NCBI GenBank assembly: GCA_004297215.1
Contig: SCUM01000001.1
Coordinates: 353,181 to 417,180 of the forward strand
Direction of reading: 5' to 3'
DNA length: 64,000 bases
Source: Patescibacteria group bacterium
Lineage (GTDB): Bacteria > Patescibacteriota > Patescibacteriia > UBA9934 > GWF2-40-263
A program made the translations under genes and the position numbers. The number at the start of each line of letters is the position of its first letter. Position 1 is the first letter of the stretch. The notes beneath the pieces were generated by a model, which saw nothing but the letters and a program-made list of their open reading frames with translations, made no database searches and was not told the origin of the DNA. This document shows positions 17,319-25,520 of this stretch, piece by piece.

Positions 17319-19463
17319 ATGGCTCCCAAGGAATCTTACCTGAAAGCCGGCACGTACGCGGATCCGAGCCCGAGCCCGTCCGCCCCGCGCCTCACCCTTA
17401 CCCCGCTGCACGGACGAGACGGGTTCGCTTTCGCGTTGTGCGTGACCGCGACCAAGCGGCCGTCTCCGGACGCCAACCTCGCGTGCCGCCTGGTGGAGGA
17501 GCATCTGGACCGCCTGGCCGCCTCCTTCGGCATGGGCGACCACCCCCAGCACAGCTTCGAGGCGTTCCTTGGCGCGATGAACGCCGCCATTTCCGAGCTG
17601 GTGCGCACCACCGAGTGGACCCTTCCCATCCGCGACTTCCGGGCGCTCGTGGGGATCGCCTGCGGGTCGGAGATGTACCTCTCCGGCACCGGCGACCTCA
17701 CGGCGATGTTCCTGCACCGCACGCAGGACAACCGTTACCAGGCGTTCAACCTCACCCGCAGCATCCAGACGGAGCAGGCGCTCCCCACCTGGGAAAAGCC
17801 GTTCGCCGTGGTGCTTGACGGGGAGCTGCGCCCCGGCGACGTATTCTGCCTGTCGAGCAAGGAGCTCGCTCCCGCCATCGGCAACGACGAGCTGTGCGGG
17901 GTGCTCTCCTCGCTCCCGCCCATCGGGGCAGCCGCGAGGATCCGCCAGTATTTTGCCTTCAACGACGTGCTTTCCATCCTGGTGCTGCGCGCGCAGGCCG
18001 AAGAGGCGGCGCCGGCCGTGGAGCAGGCCAAGCCCCGCTCCGAGGTGTCGCTCGACCGGCTGGTGGAATCGCGCGAGCGGACCGACCGCCTCATCGAGGA
18101 CCAGGCGCCGCGCGGAAGCGCGCTGTTCGCCCTGGCCCGCCGTCTCCTGCGCCCCCGCGCCCCGGAAGAGCCCGGCATGCCGCGCCCGGCGGGATGGCTG
18201 CGACGCGCCGCGCGCTCCGCCTCCCGCGCCGCCCTCTCCCTCGTCGGACACACGGCCGCAAACGCGCCGCGCGGGGACGCCCGGGCGCGCATCGTGCGCG
18301 AGCCTAAGGAGCGGATGGGCGAACGGGTGAGCGGACTCGTCCTGCGCCTGCGAGACCTGCCCAGGACGAGCCGGAGGCTCGCGATCGCGGCCTTCTGCGT
18401 GCTCGCGGCGCTTAGCATCAGCCTCGCGGCGCTGTCGCGAACGCAGGCGAGACGCGAGGTCCAGGAGGCGTTTAACGAGCGTATGCGCGCCGTGGAAGAG
18501 CTGCGCGACCAGGCGGCAGCCGCGGCGATCTATCGCGACGAGGACCGCGCCCGGCTCCTCTACGGCGAGGCGCTTGCGGACCTTCGCGAACTCGCGCTCG
18601 ACACGCCGGAGCGGCGGGAGGCCGGACGGCGCATCGAGCAGGACGTGACGGCGGCGCTCGACCGGCTGCGCCGCGTGGTGCGCCTGCCGGATCCTCCCCG
18701 GATCGCTTCGGCCCTGGACGCCCGGGCGGTCGTCGGCGACGGGACGCATCTCTACCTGTTTGGCGCCGACAAGGGCATCCTGCGGGTGAATCCATCCTCC
18801 GGCGCCGCGGAACCCCTGCCCGTTCCCGCCTCGGCCGTGGGCGTCGCCTTGAAGGCGTCCGTCGAGGACGCAACCGTGGCGTTCCTCGACGACCGTCCGG
18901 GCGTGTCAGAGCTCGTCCTGTCCGACGCCCAGATGAAGGTCACCTCCCTTGCCCCGGCCGCGGACGCCGCCTGGAAGGACCTCACGGCATACGGCGGACG
19001 CCTCTACGTCCTTTCCGTGTCGCTCGGCGACGCGCAGGTGCTGAAGTTCCCGAGCACCACGTCGGGATTCGGGCAGCCGAGCGGATGGATCCGCTCCAAG
19101 ACCTCTTCGCTCGCCGACGCGCGCGGCCTTGCCGTGGACGGATACGTGTACGTGCTCACGGGGAGCGACCTCCTGCGCTTCGTGAACGGAGGGGAATCCG
19201 GCTGGGACCTGCGGGGGGCGGAGCCCGCCATGGCCGACGCGCAGGACGTCTGGACCTCGTTCGAAAGCGAGCGGCTGTACGTGCTCGAGCCTTCGCAGCG
19301 CCGCGTCCTCGTGTTCGCCAAGGAAGACGGGACGCTCCTCGCCCAATACGTCGCTGACGCGTTCGCGCAATCACGCGACCTGTTCGTGGACGAGAAGGAA
19401 GGCACCATCTATGTGCTCACGGGCGATGCGCTCTACGGCTTCCGCCCCACGGCGCAGCCATAA
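17319..19463 (+). CDS. Large hypothetical protein with a central TM segment
   Basis: 714 aa with protein-like composition, whereas the long antisense ORF at 17166-18749 is Arg/Gly-rich junk. It has a central hydrophobic helix (LAIAAFCVLAALSISLAAL) and a C-terminal beta-rich region. No motif I recognise. Confidence 0.45.
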   Translation: MAPKESYLKAGTYADPSPSPSAPRLTLTPLHGRDGFAFALCVTATKRPSPDANLACRLVEEHLDRLAASFGMGDHPQHSFEAFLGAMNAAISELVRTTEWTLPIRDFRALVGIACGSEMYLSGTGDLTAMFLHRTQDNRYQAFNLTRSIQTEQALPTWEKPFAVVLDGELRPGDVFCLSSKELAPAIGNDELCGVLSSLPPIGAAARIRQYFAFNDVLSILVLRAQAEEAAPAVEQAKPRSEVSLDRLVESRERTDRLIEDQAPRGSALFALARRLLRPRAPEEPGMPRPAGWLRRAARSASRAALSLVGHTAANAPRGDARARIVREPKERMGERVSGLVLRLRDLPRTSRRLAIAAFCVLAALSISLAALSRTQARREVQEAFNERMRAVEELRDQAAAAAIYRDEDRARLLYGEALADLRELALDTPERREAGRRIEQDVTAALDRLRRVVRLPDPPRIASALDARAVVGDGTHLYLFGADKGILRVNPSSGAAEPLPVPASAVGVALKASVEDATVAFLDDRPGVSELVLSDAQMKVTSLAPAADAAWKDLTAYGGRLYVLSVSLGDAQVLKFPSTTSGFGQPSGWIRSKTSSLADARGLAVDGYVYVLTGSDLLRFVNGGESGWDLRGAEPAMADAQDVWTSFESERLYVLEPSQRRVLVFAKEDGTLLAQYVADAFAQSRDLFVDEKEGTIYVLTGDALYGFRPTAQP

Positions 19464-19546
19464 GCAAAACCGACCCGCGGGGGGCGGCGTTGCGCAACGG
19501 ACATCATGTAAAAAAGATCCCGCTTCTTGGTCGAGGCGGGGTCGCG

Positions 19547-20158
19547 TCAATCGAAGACGAGCGCGGCGCGTTGCACGCACACGTCGAGGGATCCGAAGTG
19601 CACGTGCTGACAGAGGAACGCGACGGCGGCATCCACCTGTTCATTCGTGGATTTCTTCGCCTCCATCGCCTCCTTCAGCGGCCCTTTCGCGTGGTAGGAG
19701 GTGAAGAGGATCCACTGCTCGATGTACCGCCCGCTCCCCTCCTCGCGCTGCGACCTCATGCACTCGAACCCGTAGGATCGGAGCTTCGAGGCGTTGCGCT
19801 CGTAGCTTTTCGGCTCCCGATCGCCCGCGCCGACGTACTCGACGGTGATTTTCGGGAGGCAGCTGGCCTTCATCCTCTGCTCATCGAACATCTCGATCTG
19901 AATCGAGCCTTTGCCCGAAATGAACGGCTGCCAGAACGGACGCATCCGCTCGTCCTCGATCGGGTCCGGGGCCGGGAGGTGCGCTTCGGAGAACTGCAGT
20001 TGGCCGTCCTCCCCTTTTCGGACCCAGCAGGTGCCGACGGTCATGGCGGCATCCAGCTTCGCGATCTCCTCCGGCGTCAGGCCGGCGACCGTGACGGACT
20101 CGTGCCCGCGCGACTGGACGTACGCCCGTGCCTTCTCCTTCTCTGATGAACCGAACAT
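19547..20158 (-). CDS. Hypothetical protein
   Basis: A 203-aa ORF with balanced composition and no motif I recognise. Confidence 0.4.
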   Translation of the reverse strand: MFGSSEKEKARAYVQSRGHESVTVAGLTPEEIAKLDAAMTVGTCWVRKGEDGQLQFSEAHLPAPDPIEDERMRPFWQPFISGKGSIQIEMFDEQRMKASCLPKITVEYVGAGDREPKSYERNASKLRSYGFECMRSQREEGSGRYIEQWILFTSYHAKGPLKEAMEAKKSTNEQVDAAVAFLCQHVHFGSLDVCVQRAALVFD

Positions 20159-20213
20159 GTGTCCTCCTCGTTCAAGTGCCCACGTTCAATACGCCCAACC
20201 GCAATCCATGTCA

Positions 20214-20246
20214 AACGAAAAACCGCCCTGCAGGGGGCGGTTCTCG
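20214..20246 (-). terminator. Rho-independent terminator downstream of rplL
   Basis: The minus strand reads cgagaaccgccccctgcagggcggtttttcgtttg. Confidence 0.6.
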
Positions 20247-20277
20247 AGATCCTTCGGCCTCGAGGTGGCCTCAGGAT

Positions 20278-20311
20278 GACTTTGAAGTAACAGGATTGTT
20301 ACTTCAAAGTC
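20278..20311. repeat. Perfect 15-bp-stem palindrome that includes the rplL stop codon
   Basis: gactttgaagtaaca ggat tgttacttcaaagtc. The left arm mirrors the last four rplL codons (VTLK) plus the TAA stop, and it carries the ttgaag word. Confidence 0.7.
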
Positions 20312-20694
20312 ACCTGCGCGCCGGCTTCCTCGAGCTTCTTCTTCATTTCCTCGGCCTCGGCCTTCGCGACGCCGGCCTTCACCACTTTGGGGGCGGCATC
20401 CACGATCCCCTTGGCCTCGGCAAGGCCCAGGCCCGTGATTTCGCGCACGGCCTTGATGACGGCGATCTTGCTGGCACCGGCGCCGGTGAGCTCCACGTCG
20501 AAGGAGGACTTCTCTTCCGCGGCGGCAGCGCCGGCGCCGGCGGCGGCCATCACCATGGCCGGGGCGGCGGACACGCCGAACTTCGCTTCCAGGCACTTCA
20601 CGAGCTCGGCGAGGTCGAGCACGGAGAGCTTCTCGATCTCGCTCACGAGGGAGGCGAACTTCGCCGGGACCTCGACTTTCACTTCGTCTGACAT
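20299..20694 (-). CDS. rplL: 50S ribosomal protein L7/L12
   Basis: [41 protein letters not shown]...[56 protein letters not shown]. The start was trimmed to the ATG at 20692-20694. Confidence 0.95.
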   Translation of the reverse strand: MSDEVKVEVPAKFASLVSEIEKLSVLDLAELVKCLEAKFGVSAAPAMVMAAAGAGAAAAEEKSSFDVELTGAGASKIAVIKAVREITGLGLAEAKGIVDAAPKVVKAGVAKAEAEEMKKKLEEAGAQVTLK

Positions 20695-20697
20695 AAC

Positions 20698-20774
20698 GAT
20701 AGGGGGTAGGTAGTAGGGGGTAGGGGGTAGTATGGAGGATTTTTGTCCTACCACCTACCAACTACCACCTACGC
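20698..20774. repeat. Word-palindrome hairpin of the gtagg family (R6) in the rplJ-rplL spacer
   Basis: gggggtaggtagtagggggtagggggtagtatggagga ttttt gtcctaccacctaccaactaccacctacgc. Confidence 0.75.
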
Positions 20775-20781
20775 ACTTTAG

Positions 20782-21279
20782 TTAAGCCGCCTGCTTCACA
20801 CGGATCGCTTCCAGCACGCGGACGAAGGCGGACACGGGAGCGAACATGGTGCCCACGACGCGGCCGCGCTGCGCCTGCTTGCTCTCGAGCTTCGCGAGCG
20901 CCTTCATGGCGTCCGCGCCGACGAACTTCCCTTCCAGGATGCCGCCGACGATTTGGATCCCTTCCTTATCCTTGCCTTTCGCGAGGTCCGCGACGAGCTT
21001 GGCCGGAGCCACTTCGTCCTCCATGCCGAAGGTGGCGAGGATGGAACCGGAGAGCGCCCCCTTTTCGACCTTGAGGCCCGACTGTTCGAGCGCCTTCTGA
21101 AGAAGCGTCTTCTTCGCCACGGTGAGCTCGACGCCGGTCTCGCGCCCCTTTGCGCGCAGCGCGTCGGCGTCGCCCATGGTGTACCCCGCGATCGAGGTGA
21201 ACACCGCCGCCTTCATGCGGCCGAGCTTGTCGACGAGCCCGGAAAGGGCCTCTTCCTTTTGAGCCCTGGTTTTGGCCAT
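20782..21279 (-). CDS. rplJ: 50S ribosomal protein L10
   Basis: MAKTRAQKEEALSGLVDKLGRMKAAVFTSIAGYTMGDADALRAKGRE... Confidence 0.95.
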   Translation of the reverse strand: MAKTRAQKEEALSGLVDKLGRMKAAVFTSIAGYTMGDADALRAKGRETGVELTVAKKTLLQKALEQSGLKVEKGALSGSILATFGMEDEVAPAKLVADLAKGKDKEGIQIVGGILEGKFVGADAMKALAKLESKQAQRGRVVGTMFAPVSAFVRVLEAIRVKQAA

Positions 21280-21465
21280 AGGTATCGACCTTTAGGTGTA
21301 TTAAAGAAAATTCTGCGAACGAATCGCAGAAGACACGCGCCAAACGGCGGGGAGGCTGGCCTCGACGGGACTTATCTCGGATCCTTCGCTTTCGCTCAGG
21401 ACCTTCGGCCCGTTGTCTTTGGCGATCCAATTGCCCCGGCACTATACCCAAGGGCCGGGAGGGCG

Positions 21466-22161
21466 TCAACCCCCGACCATGGTCCCCGTGAACCGATGCC
21501 CGGAGAGGAGCGCGTCGAGATTCTTGAGGTCCGTGCCGTTCACGATGGCCACTTTCATCCTGGACGCGGAGGCGAGCTTCGCGGCCACCGGGTCGAACGG
21601 GACGTTCATGCCCGGGTCCCACTCCTCTCCCACCATCTTGCGGAACTCCTTCCAGCCGATCCGCATGACGGGCTCGGCATCCTTGTGCTTGCCCGGATCC
21701 TTGTCGTACAAGTAGTCGATGTTGGACAGGTTCACGATGAAATCCGTGCCTAGGCGCTTGGCAAGGCGCACGGCCACGTAGTCGGTGCTCCACCCAGGCT
21801 TCCATCCGGCGCCGATCATGACCGGCTTCGCCCAGCGCGTGGGCGCGCGCGTGGGATCCTTGATGACGGCCGGGTGCGCCACGTCGCGGAAGAGGGTGCG
21901 CAGCAGGTGGCCGTTCATGCGCGTGGCGTGGATGCCCAGCCAGTCGAGGTCATCGCGGGTGAGGTTGCCCATCTTGCGCGCCGCGTCCTGGTACGCGCGC
22001 GCCGTCGCCCCTCCGCCGACGACGATGAGGAACCGCCATCCCCGCGAGACGTGGCGCAGGATGAGCTCGCGGAACCCCTTGAGGAACTCGGTGTCCATGC
22101 CGCCCTTGGGCGCCACGATGGATCCGCCGAGGGACAGGACGAAGGTGGGCTTACCGGTCAT
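21466..22161 (-). CDS. Amino-acid-kinase family protein, likely UMP kinase (PyrH-like)
   Basis: MTGKPTFVLSLGGSIVAPKGGMDTEFLKGFRELILRHVSRGWRFLIVVGGGATARAYQ has the AAK-fold glycine-rich motifs. The start was trimmed to the ATG at 22159-22161, which forms an ATGA overlap with the holin-family gene's stop. Confidence 0.65.
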   Translation of the reverse strand: MTGKPTFVLSLGGSIVAPKGGMDTEFLKGFRELILRHVSRGWRFLIVVGGGATARAYQDAARKMGNLTRDDLDWLGIHATRMNGHLLRTLFRDVAHPAVIKDPTRAPTRWAKPVMIGAGWKPGWSTDYVAVRLAKRLGTDFIVNLSNIDYLYDKDPGKHKDAEPVMRIGWKEFRKMVGEEWDPGMNVPFDPVAAKLASASRMKVAIVNGTDLKNLDALLSGHRFTGTMVGG

Positions 22162-22508
22162 GTTTCTTTTGCGTGCTTGATAAGCCAGTTGGTGCCCATG
22201 CTCACGACCCAGAGCAGGAACGCGGCCATGAACGCGGGAAGGAACCCGGAAACGTGGAACCCTTTCACGATGGTGCTCGTGAGCCAAATCATGAGCGCGT
22301 TGATCACGAACGCGAACGCTCCGAGCGTGAGGACGGTCACCGGCAACGTGAGGATGAACAGGAGGGGCCGGATGAGCGCGTTCACGAGGCCGAGCACGAG
22401 CGCCGCGACGAGCGCCGCATAGAACCCGTCCACGCCGAATCCTGGGACGACGTTTGCGATGACGATGAGCGCGAGCGCATTGAGGATCCAGCGGAGAATG
22501 AGGGACAT
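22158..22508 (-). CDS. Phage-holin-4 (DUF360) family small membrane protein
   Basis: 116 aa with four TM helices (MSLILRWILNALALIVIANVVPGFGVDGFYAALVAALVLGLVNALIRPLLFILTLPVTVLTLGAFAFVINALMIWL...), the typical family architecture. Confidence 0.65.
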   Translation of the reverse strand: MSLILRWILNALALIVIANVVPGFGVDGFYAALVAALVLGLVNALIRPLLFILTLPVTVLTLGAFAFVINALMIWLTSTIVKGFHVSGFLPAFMAAFLLWVVSMGTNWLIKHAKET

Positions 22509-22512
22509 AGGG

Positions 22513-22716
22513 TCAGACGGATTCGTATTTGGCCTTGATCTCGCGCACCTTGTTCTCCACCTCTGAAAGCTTTTCCTTGCAGGCGGCGGCGAGCTCGAGC
22601 CCGCGCTCGAACTTCTTGAGCCCCTCGTCGAGGTCGGCTTCGTCGCGCTCGAACCACTCGGTAATGGCTTCCAGCTCCTGGAAGGCTTTGGCGAAATTGA
22701 CGGCTTTCTTTGCCAT
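22513..22716 (-). CDS. xseB: Exodeoxyribonuclease VII small subunit
   Basis: MAKKAVNFAKAFQELEAITEWFERDEADLDEGLKKFERGLELAAACKEKLSEVENKV. Its position directly downstream of xseA supports the call. Confidence 0.8.
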   Translation of the reverse strand: MAKKAVNFAKAFQELEAITEWFERDEADLDEGLKKFERGLELAAACKEKLSEVENKVREIKAKYESV

Positions 22717-22838
22717 AGTTTGTTGGTACTGCGTGTTGGTGCGCTGCGGCGCGTTTGGGCCTGATGGCGTCGGCGACGAACGCAGCCGCAGGCTGCACCG
22801 ACGACCCGTCAGGGCCACTCACGCCGAAGGCGCTGACA

Positions 22839-24047
22839 TCATATCAACCTCTGCTTCCCCTTCCCGTTAATCCGCGTCACGTCGGCGTCAAAGCGCCCGC
22901 GCGCCAATCGTACCTCGACTTCGGCTCCCACCTCAAGGGCGGACGCGTCGCGGGCCACGTGGCCGCCCACGCTCACGATCCCGTACCCGCGCGCGAGCAC
23001 GCGCGTGGGGTCGACGTTCTTCAGCAGCCGTTCGCCCCCGAACACGCGCTCGCGCAAGCGCGGGATCCAACGTCCGGCCGCGCCGTCGAAGGCGGAGACG
23101 GTCGCGTAGAGCCGCTCGCGCTCCCGAGACACGAACGCTCCGGCGGCTGATGCCACGTGGCCGACCGTCCGTCGATGCGCGTCGAGCTTCTCGCGCAGGC
23201 GCGTCTCGACGTGGCGCGCCATACTTTCGACCTCATAGCGCACCTCCTCGCGGCTCGGACAGACGCGCTCGGCCGCGTTGCTCGGCGTGGACGCCCGGAC
23301 GTCCGCCACGTAGTCGCACAGCGACTCGTCGCGCTCATGGCCGATCCCGACGACGACGGGAATCCGACACGAGAACACGGCGCGGGCCACGGACTCGTCG
23401 TTGAACGCGTGCAGGTCCTCCAGCCCGCCGCCGCCGCGCGTGAGCACGAGCACGTCGGGACGCTCCGCCTCGGGGAGCGCGTTGAAATGGGCGAACGCGG
23501 CAAGGATCTCGGGCACGGCGCTTGCGCCCTGCACGTGCACGCTCGAAAACAGCACATCCACCCCGCCCCAGCGGTTGCCGAGCACGCGCAGGAAATCGCC
23601 GTACGCCGCGGCCTCGCGCGAGGTGATGAGCCCGACGCGCTCGGGAAACCGCGGGAGCGGCCGCTTGCGCGCGCCGTCGAACAGCCCTTCTTCCTGGAGT
23701 TTCGCCTTGAGCGCGAGGTACGCCCGCTTGAGCGCCCCTTCGCCGACGAGCTCGACCGCCCGCACGTCCATCTGGAACTTGCCGAACTTGGGGCTCACCT
23801 TGGCTCCCCCGGTCACGCGCACGCGCATCCCGTCCTCAAGCGGCACGGACAGCTGCCACACGGTCATGAAGCACTTGAGCACCGCTCCGGCTTCGGCGTC
23901 CTTCAGGTCGAAGCTCACCCACTTGCCGTGGCTTACGCGCAAATCCGACACCTCCCCTTCCACGCCCACGTCCGAAGGCACCTCGCGCAGCCGGTCGTTC
24001 ACCAGGTCGAGGTATTGGGCGACGGAGATGGCGGCGGGGACGGACAT
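22839..24047 (-). CDS. xseA: Exodeoxyribonuclease VII large subunit
   Basis: An OB-fold N-terminus followed by ...RVGLITSREAAAYGDFLRVLGNRWGGVDVLFSSVHVQGASA...VLVLTRGGGGLEDLHAFNDE...VVVGIGHERDESLCDYVADVRASTPSNAAE. Confidence 0.9.
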   Translation of the reverse strand: MSVPAAISVAQYLDLVNDRLREVPSDVGVEGEVSDLRVSHGKWVSFDLKDAEAGAVLKCFMTVWQLSVPLEDGMRVRVTGGAKVSPKFGKFQMDVRAVELVGEGALKRAYLALKAKLQEEGLFDGARKRPLPRFPERVGLITSREAAAYGDFLRVLGNRWGGVDVLFSSVHVQGASAVPEILAAFAHFNALPEAERPDVLVLTRGGGGLEDLHAFNDESVARAVFSCRIPVVVGIGHERDESLCDYVADVRASTPSNAAERVCPSREEVRYEVESMARHVETRLREKLDAHRRTVGHVASAAGAFVSRERERLYATVSAFDGAAGRWIPRLRERVFGGERLLKNVDPTRVLARGYGIVSVGGHVARDASALEVGAEVEVRLARGRFDADVTRINGKGKQRLI

Positions 24048-24048
24048 G

Positions 24049-24888
24049 TCAGGAATTCGGCTCGATCACCAGCACGCGCTTCGCTCCCGAAAGGCCGCCC
24101 TCTTCCGCGTCCCAGTCGTCCATGGCATCCATGATCGTCTCGAACGGATACACGTATCCCTCCCCGCGTCGCGTCCCTGGATCGTTCGTGATGAACCCCT
24201 CCTCCGTCCAGCCGCGGATCACGATCATGTGGTAGAGAGGGCCCGGCTGCTTGAAGTACGGATTATGCAATTCCCTGCCCGCGGCCGGCATGATGACCGG
24301 GTGCCCGGCGCGCACTTCGCGCTTGATGTCCTCGACCGTCGGCGCCTTGACGACCTCGGCCGTCTCGTACCCGAAGAATTTCCTGGCGATGACCCCCGTC
24401 TCCGCCGCGGTCGTGTCCTCGAAGTACCCGAACTGCTTGTTCTCGAAATCGACGATGGCAAGGAGCTCCTTGTCCGCCCCGTCGGGGTCGAAAGAGGTCC
24501 GGCCGTCGTAGAACGCGTCCACCATGAGCAGGCTCGCCTCCTCGCAGGTTTCCTCATGCACCTCGTCCCAGATCGCGAGCGGCGCCTGGGAGGTGAACGG
24601 GACGGCGAGGTTGAAGGAGGTTGGGAGAGGCGTTAAGGCCTCAGGCATTGAAGGCTTCAGGGGAGATTTCGCCGGTTTGACTTCCGATGCCGGCACGGCT
24701 GCTGGGGCCTTGTCTGCCTGAGGCCTTACCGCCTCTTGAACGGTCACATCCTCGAAGCTCACCGCAGGCGGAAGCTCCGGTTGCATGGCCGAACGGAAAT
24801 AGTCCGCGATGACCACGCGGTTCACGACGGCCGCCGCGAGGGCGGCGACGGAGAGCGGGACGATGATGAGCATCGGTCGTAAACGCAT
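24049..24888 (-). CDS. Membrane-anchored papain-like (peptidase C39-like) cysteine peptidase domain protein
   Basis: Signal/TM anchor MRLRPMLIIVPLSVAALAAAVV, then a Pro/Ala/Lys-rich linker that is encoded by an embedded word-palindrome repeat, then a catalytic-domain-like region with conserved C and H (…TCEEASLLMVDAFY…GHPVIMPAAGREL…GPLYHMIVIRGW…). Confidence 0.5.
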   Translation of the reverse strand: MRLRPMLIIVPLSVAALAAAVVNRVVIADYFRSAMQPELPPAVSFEDVTVQEAVRPQADKAPAAVPASEVKPAKSPLKPSMPEALTPLPTSFNLAVPFTSQAPLAIWDEVHEETCEEASLLMVDAFYDGRTSFDPDGADKELLAIVDFENKQFGYFEDTTAAETGVIARKFFGYETAEVVKAPTVEDIKREVRAGHPVIMPAAGRELHNPYFKQPGPLYHMIVIRGWTEEGFITNDPGTRRGEGYVYPFETIMDAMDDWDAEEGGLSGAKRVLVIEPNS

Positions 24889-24889
24889 A

Positions 24890-25333
24890 TCAACGGTACA
24901 TCGGGACGGCCTTGATCGGCTTGCCGGGACTCGTCTGGAGGCAGCGCTTCTCCCCCTTGGACGGCCCTTCGCACTCGTAGCCGGACGGACATTGGTCGTC
25001 CGTGGCGCACACGCAATACGACGCACGCGCTTCGCGGCAGGTGGCGCCGCTCCCGTCGGTAAAGCAGATCACGCCGGGAAACGAACAGGCGTCGTGCACG
25101 TCGGGCGTATCGAAGCACTCGCTCACGCGCTCGTACCTCACCGTGCCTCCCGCCGCCTCGCACGCCTCGGTCGCCGGGCGGTTGAACGGTTCTTGCGTGG
25201 CGAGCGGCAGCTCCATGAGCGCCACGGTTTCGGGCGCCTTGGCCGTGCGGATCGCGAAGGTCGCCGCGGCGGCGATGACCGCGAGCGCCGCGACGAACAG
25301 GAGGAGCAGCCGGCGTTCGGAAATCTCGGCCAT
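24890..25333 (-). CDS. Secreted cysteine-rich protein (hypothetical)
   Basis: Signal anchor LLLLFVAALAVIAAAATFAI followed by a mature part with 12 Cys (…CEAAGGT…CFDTPDVHDACSFPGVICFTDGSGATCREARASYCVCATDDQCPSGYECEG…). Confidence 0.4.
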   Translation of the reverse strand: MAEISERRLLLLFVAALAVIAAAATFAIRTAKAPETVALMELPLATQEPFNRPATEACEAAGGTVRYERVSECFDTPDVHDACSFPGVICFTDGSGATCREARASYCVCATDDQCPSGYECEGPSKGEKRCLQTSPGKPIKAVPMYR

Positions 25334-25336
25334 AGG

Positions 25337-25519
25337 CTATTCCTTCGGGACAGGTCGCGCGAACTCCGGAGCGGGCATGGGCTTGTACGGGTCGATGCCC
25401 GTCTGGGAACGGACATCCGGGGCGCGGCGCGAAGCCATCACTCCGATAACCGAGATGACGAGCAGCACGGCTCCGACCGTGAACGCGATGGCGAGTTCGT
25501 GTTTGATCACCTGTTTCAT
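25337..25519 (-). CDS. Small single-pass membrane protein (hypothetical)
   Basis: 60 aa with one TM helix AIAFTVGAVLLVISVIGVMA. It is tightly packed between flanking genes. Confidence 0.35.
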   Translation of the reverse strand: MKQVIKHELAIAFTVGAVLLVISVIGVMASRRAPDVRSQTGIDPYKPMPAPEFARPVPKE

Positions 25520-25520
25520 A

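Noticed and set aside
19464-19546. Terminator between the convergent genes 17319-19463 and 19547-20158
   Set aside because: GC-rich partial dyads (cccgc...gcggg) are present, but I could not define a clean stem plus U-tract on either strand.
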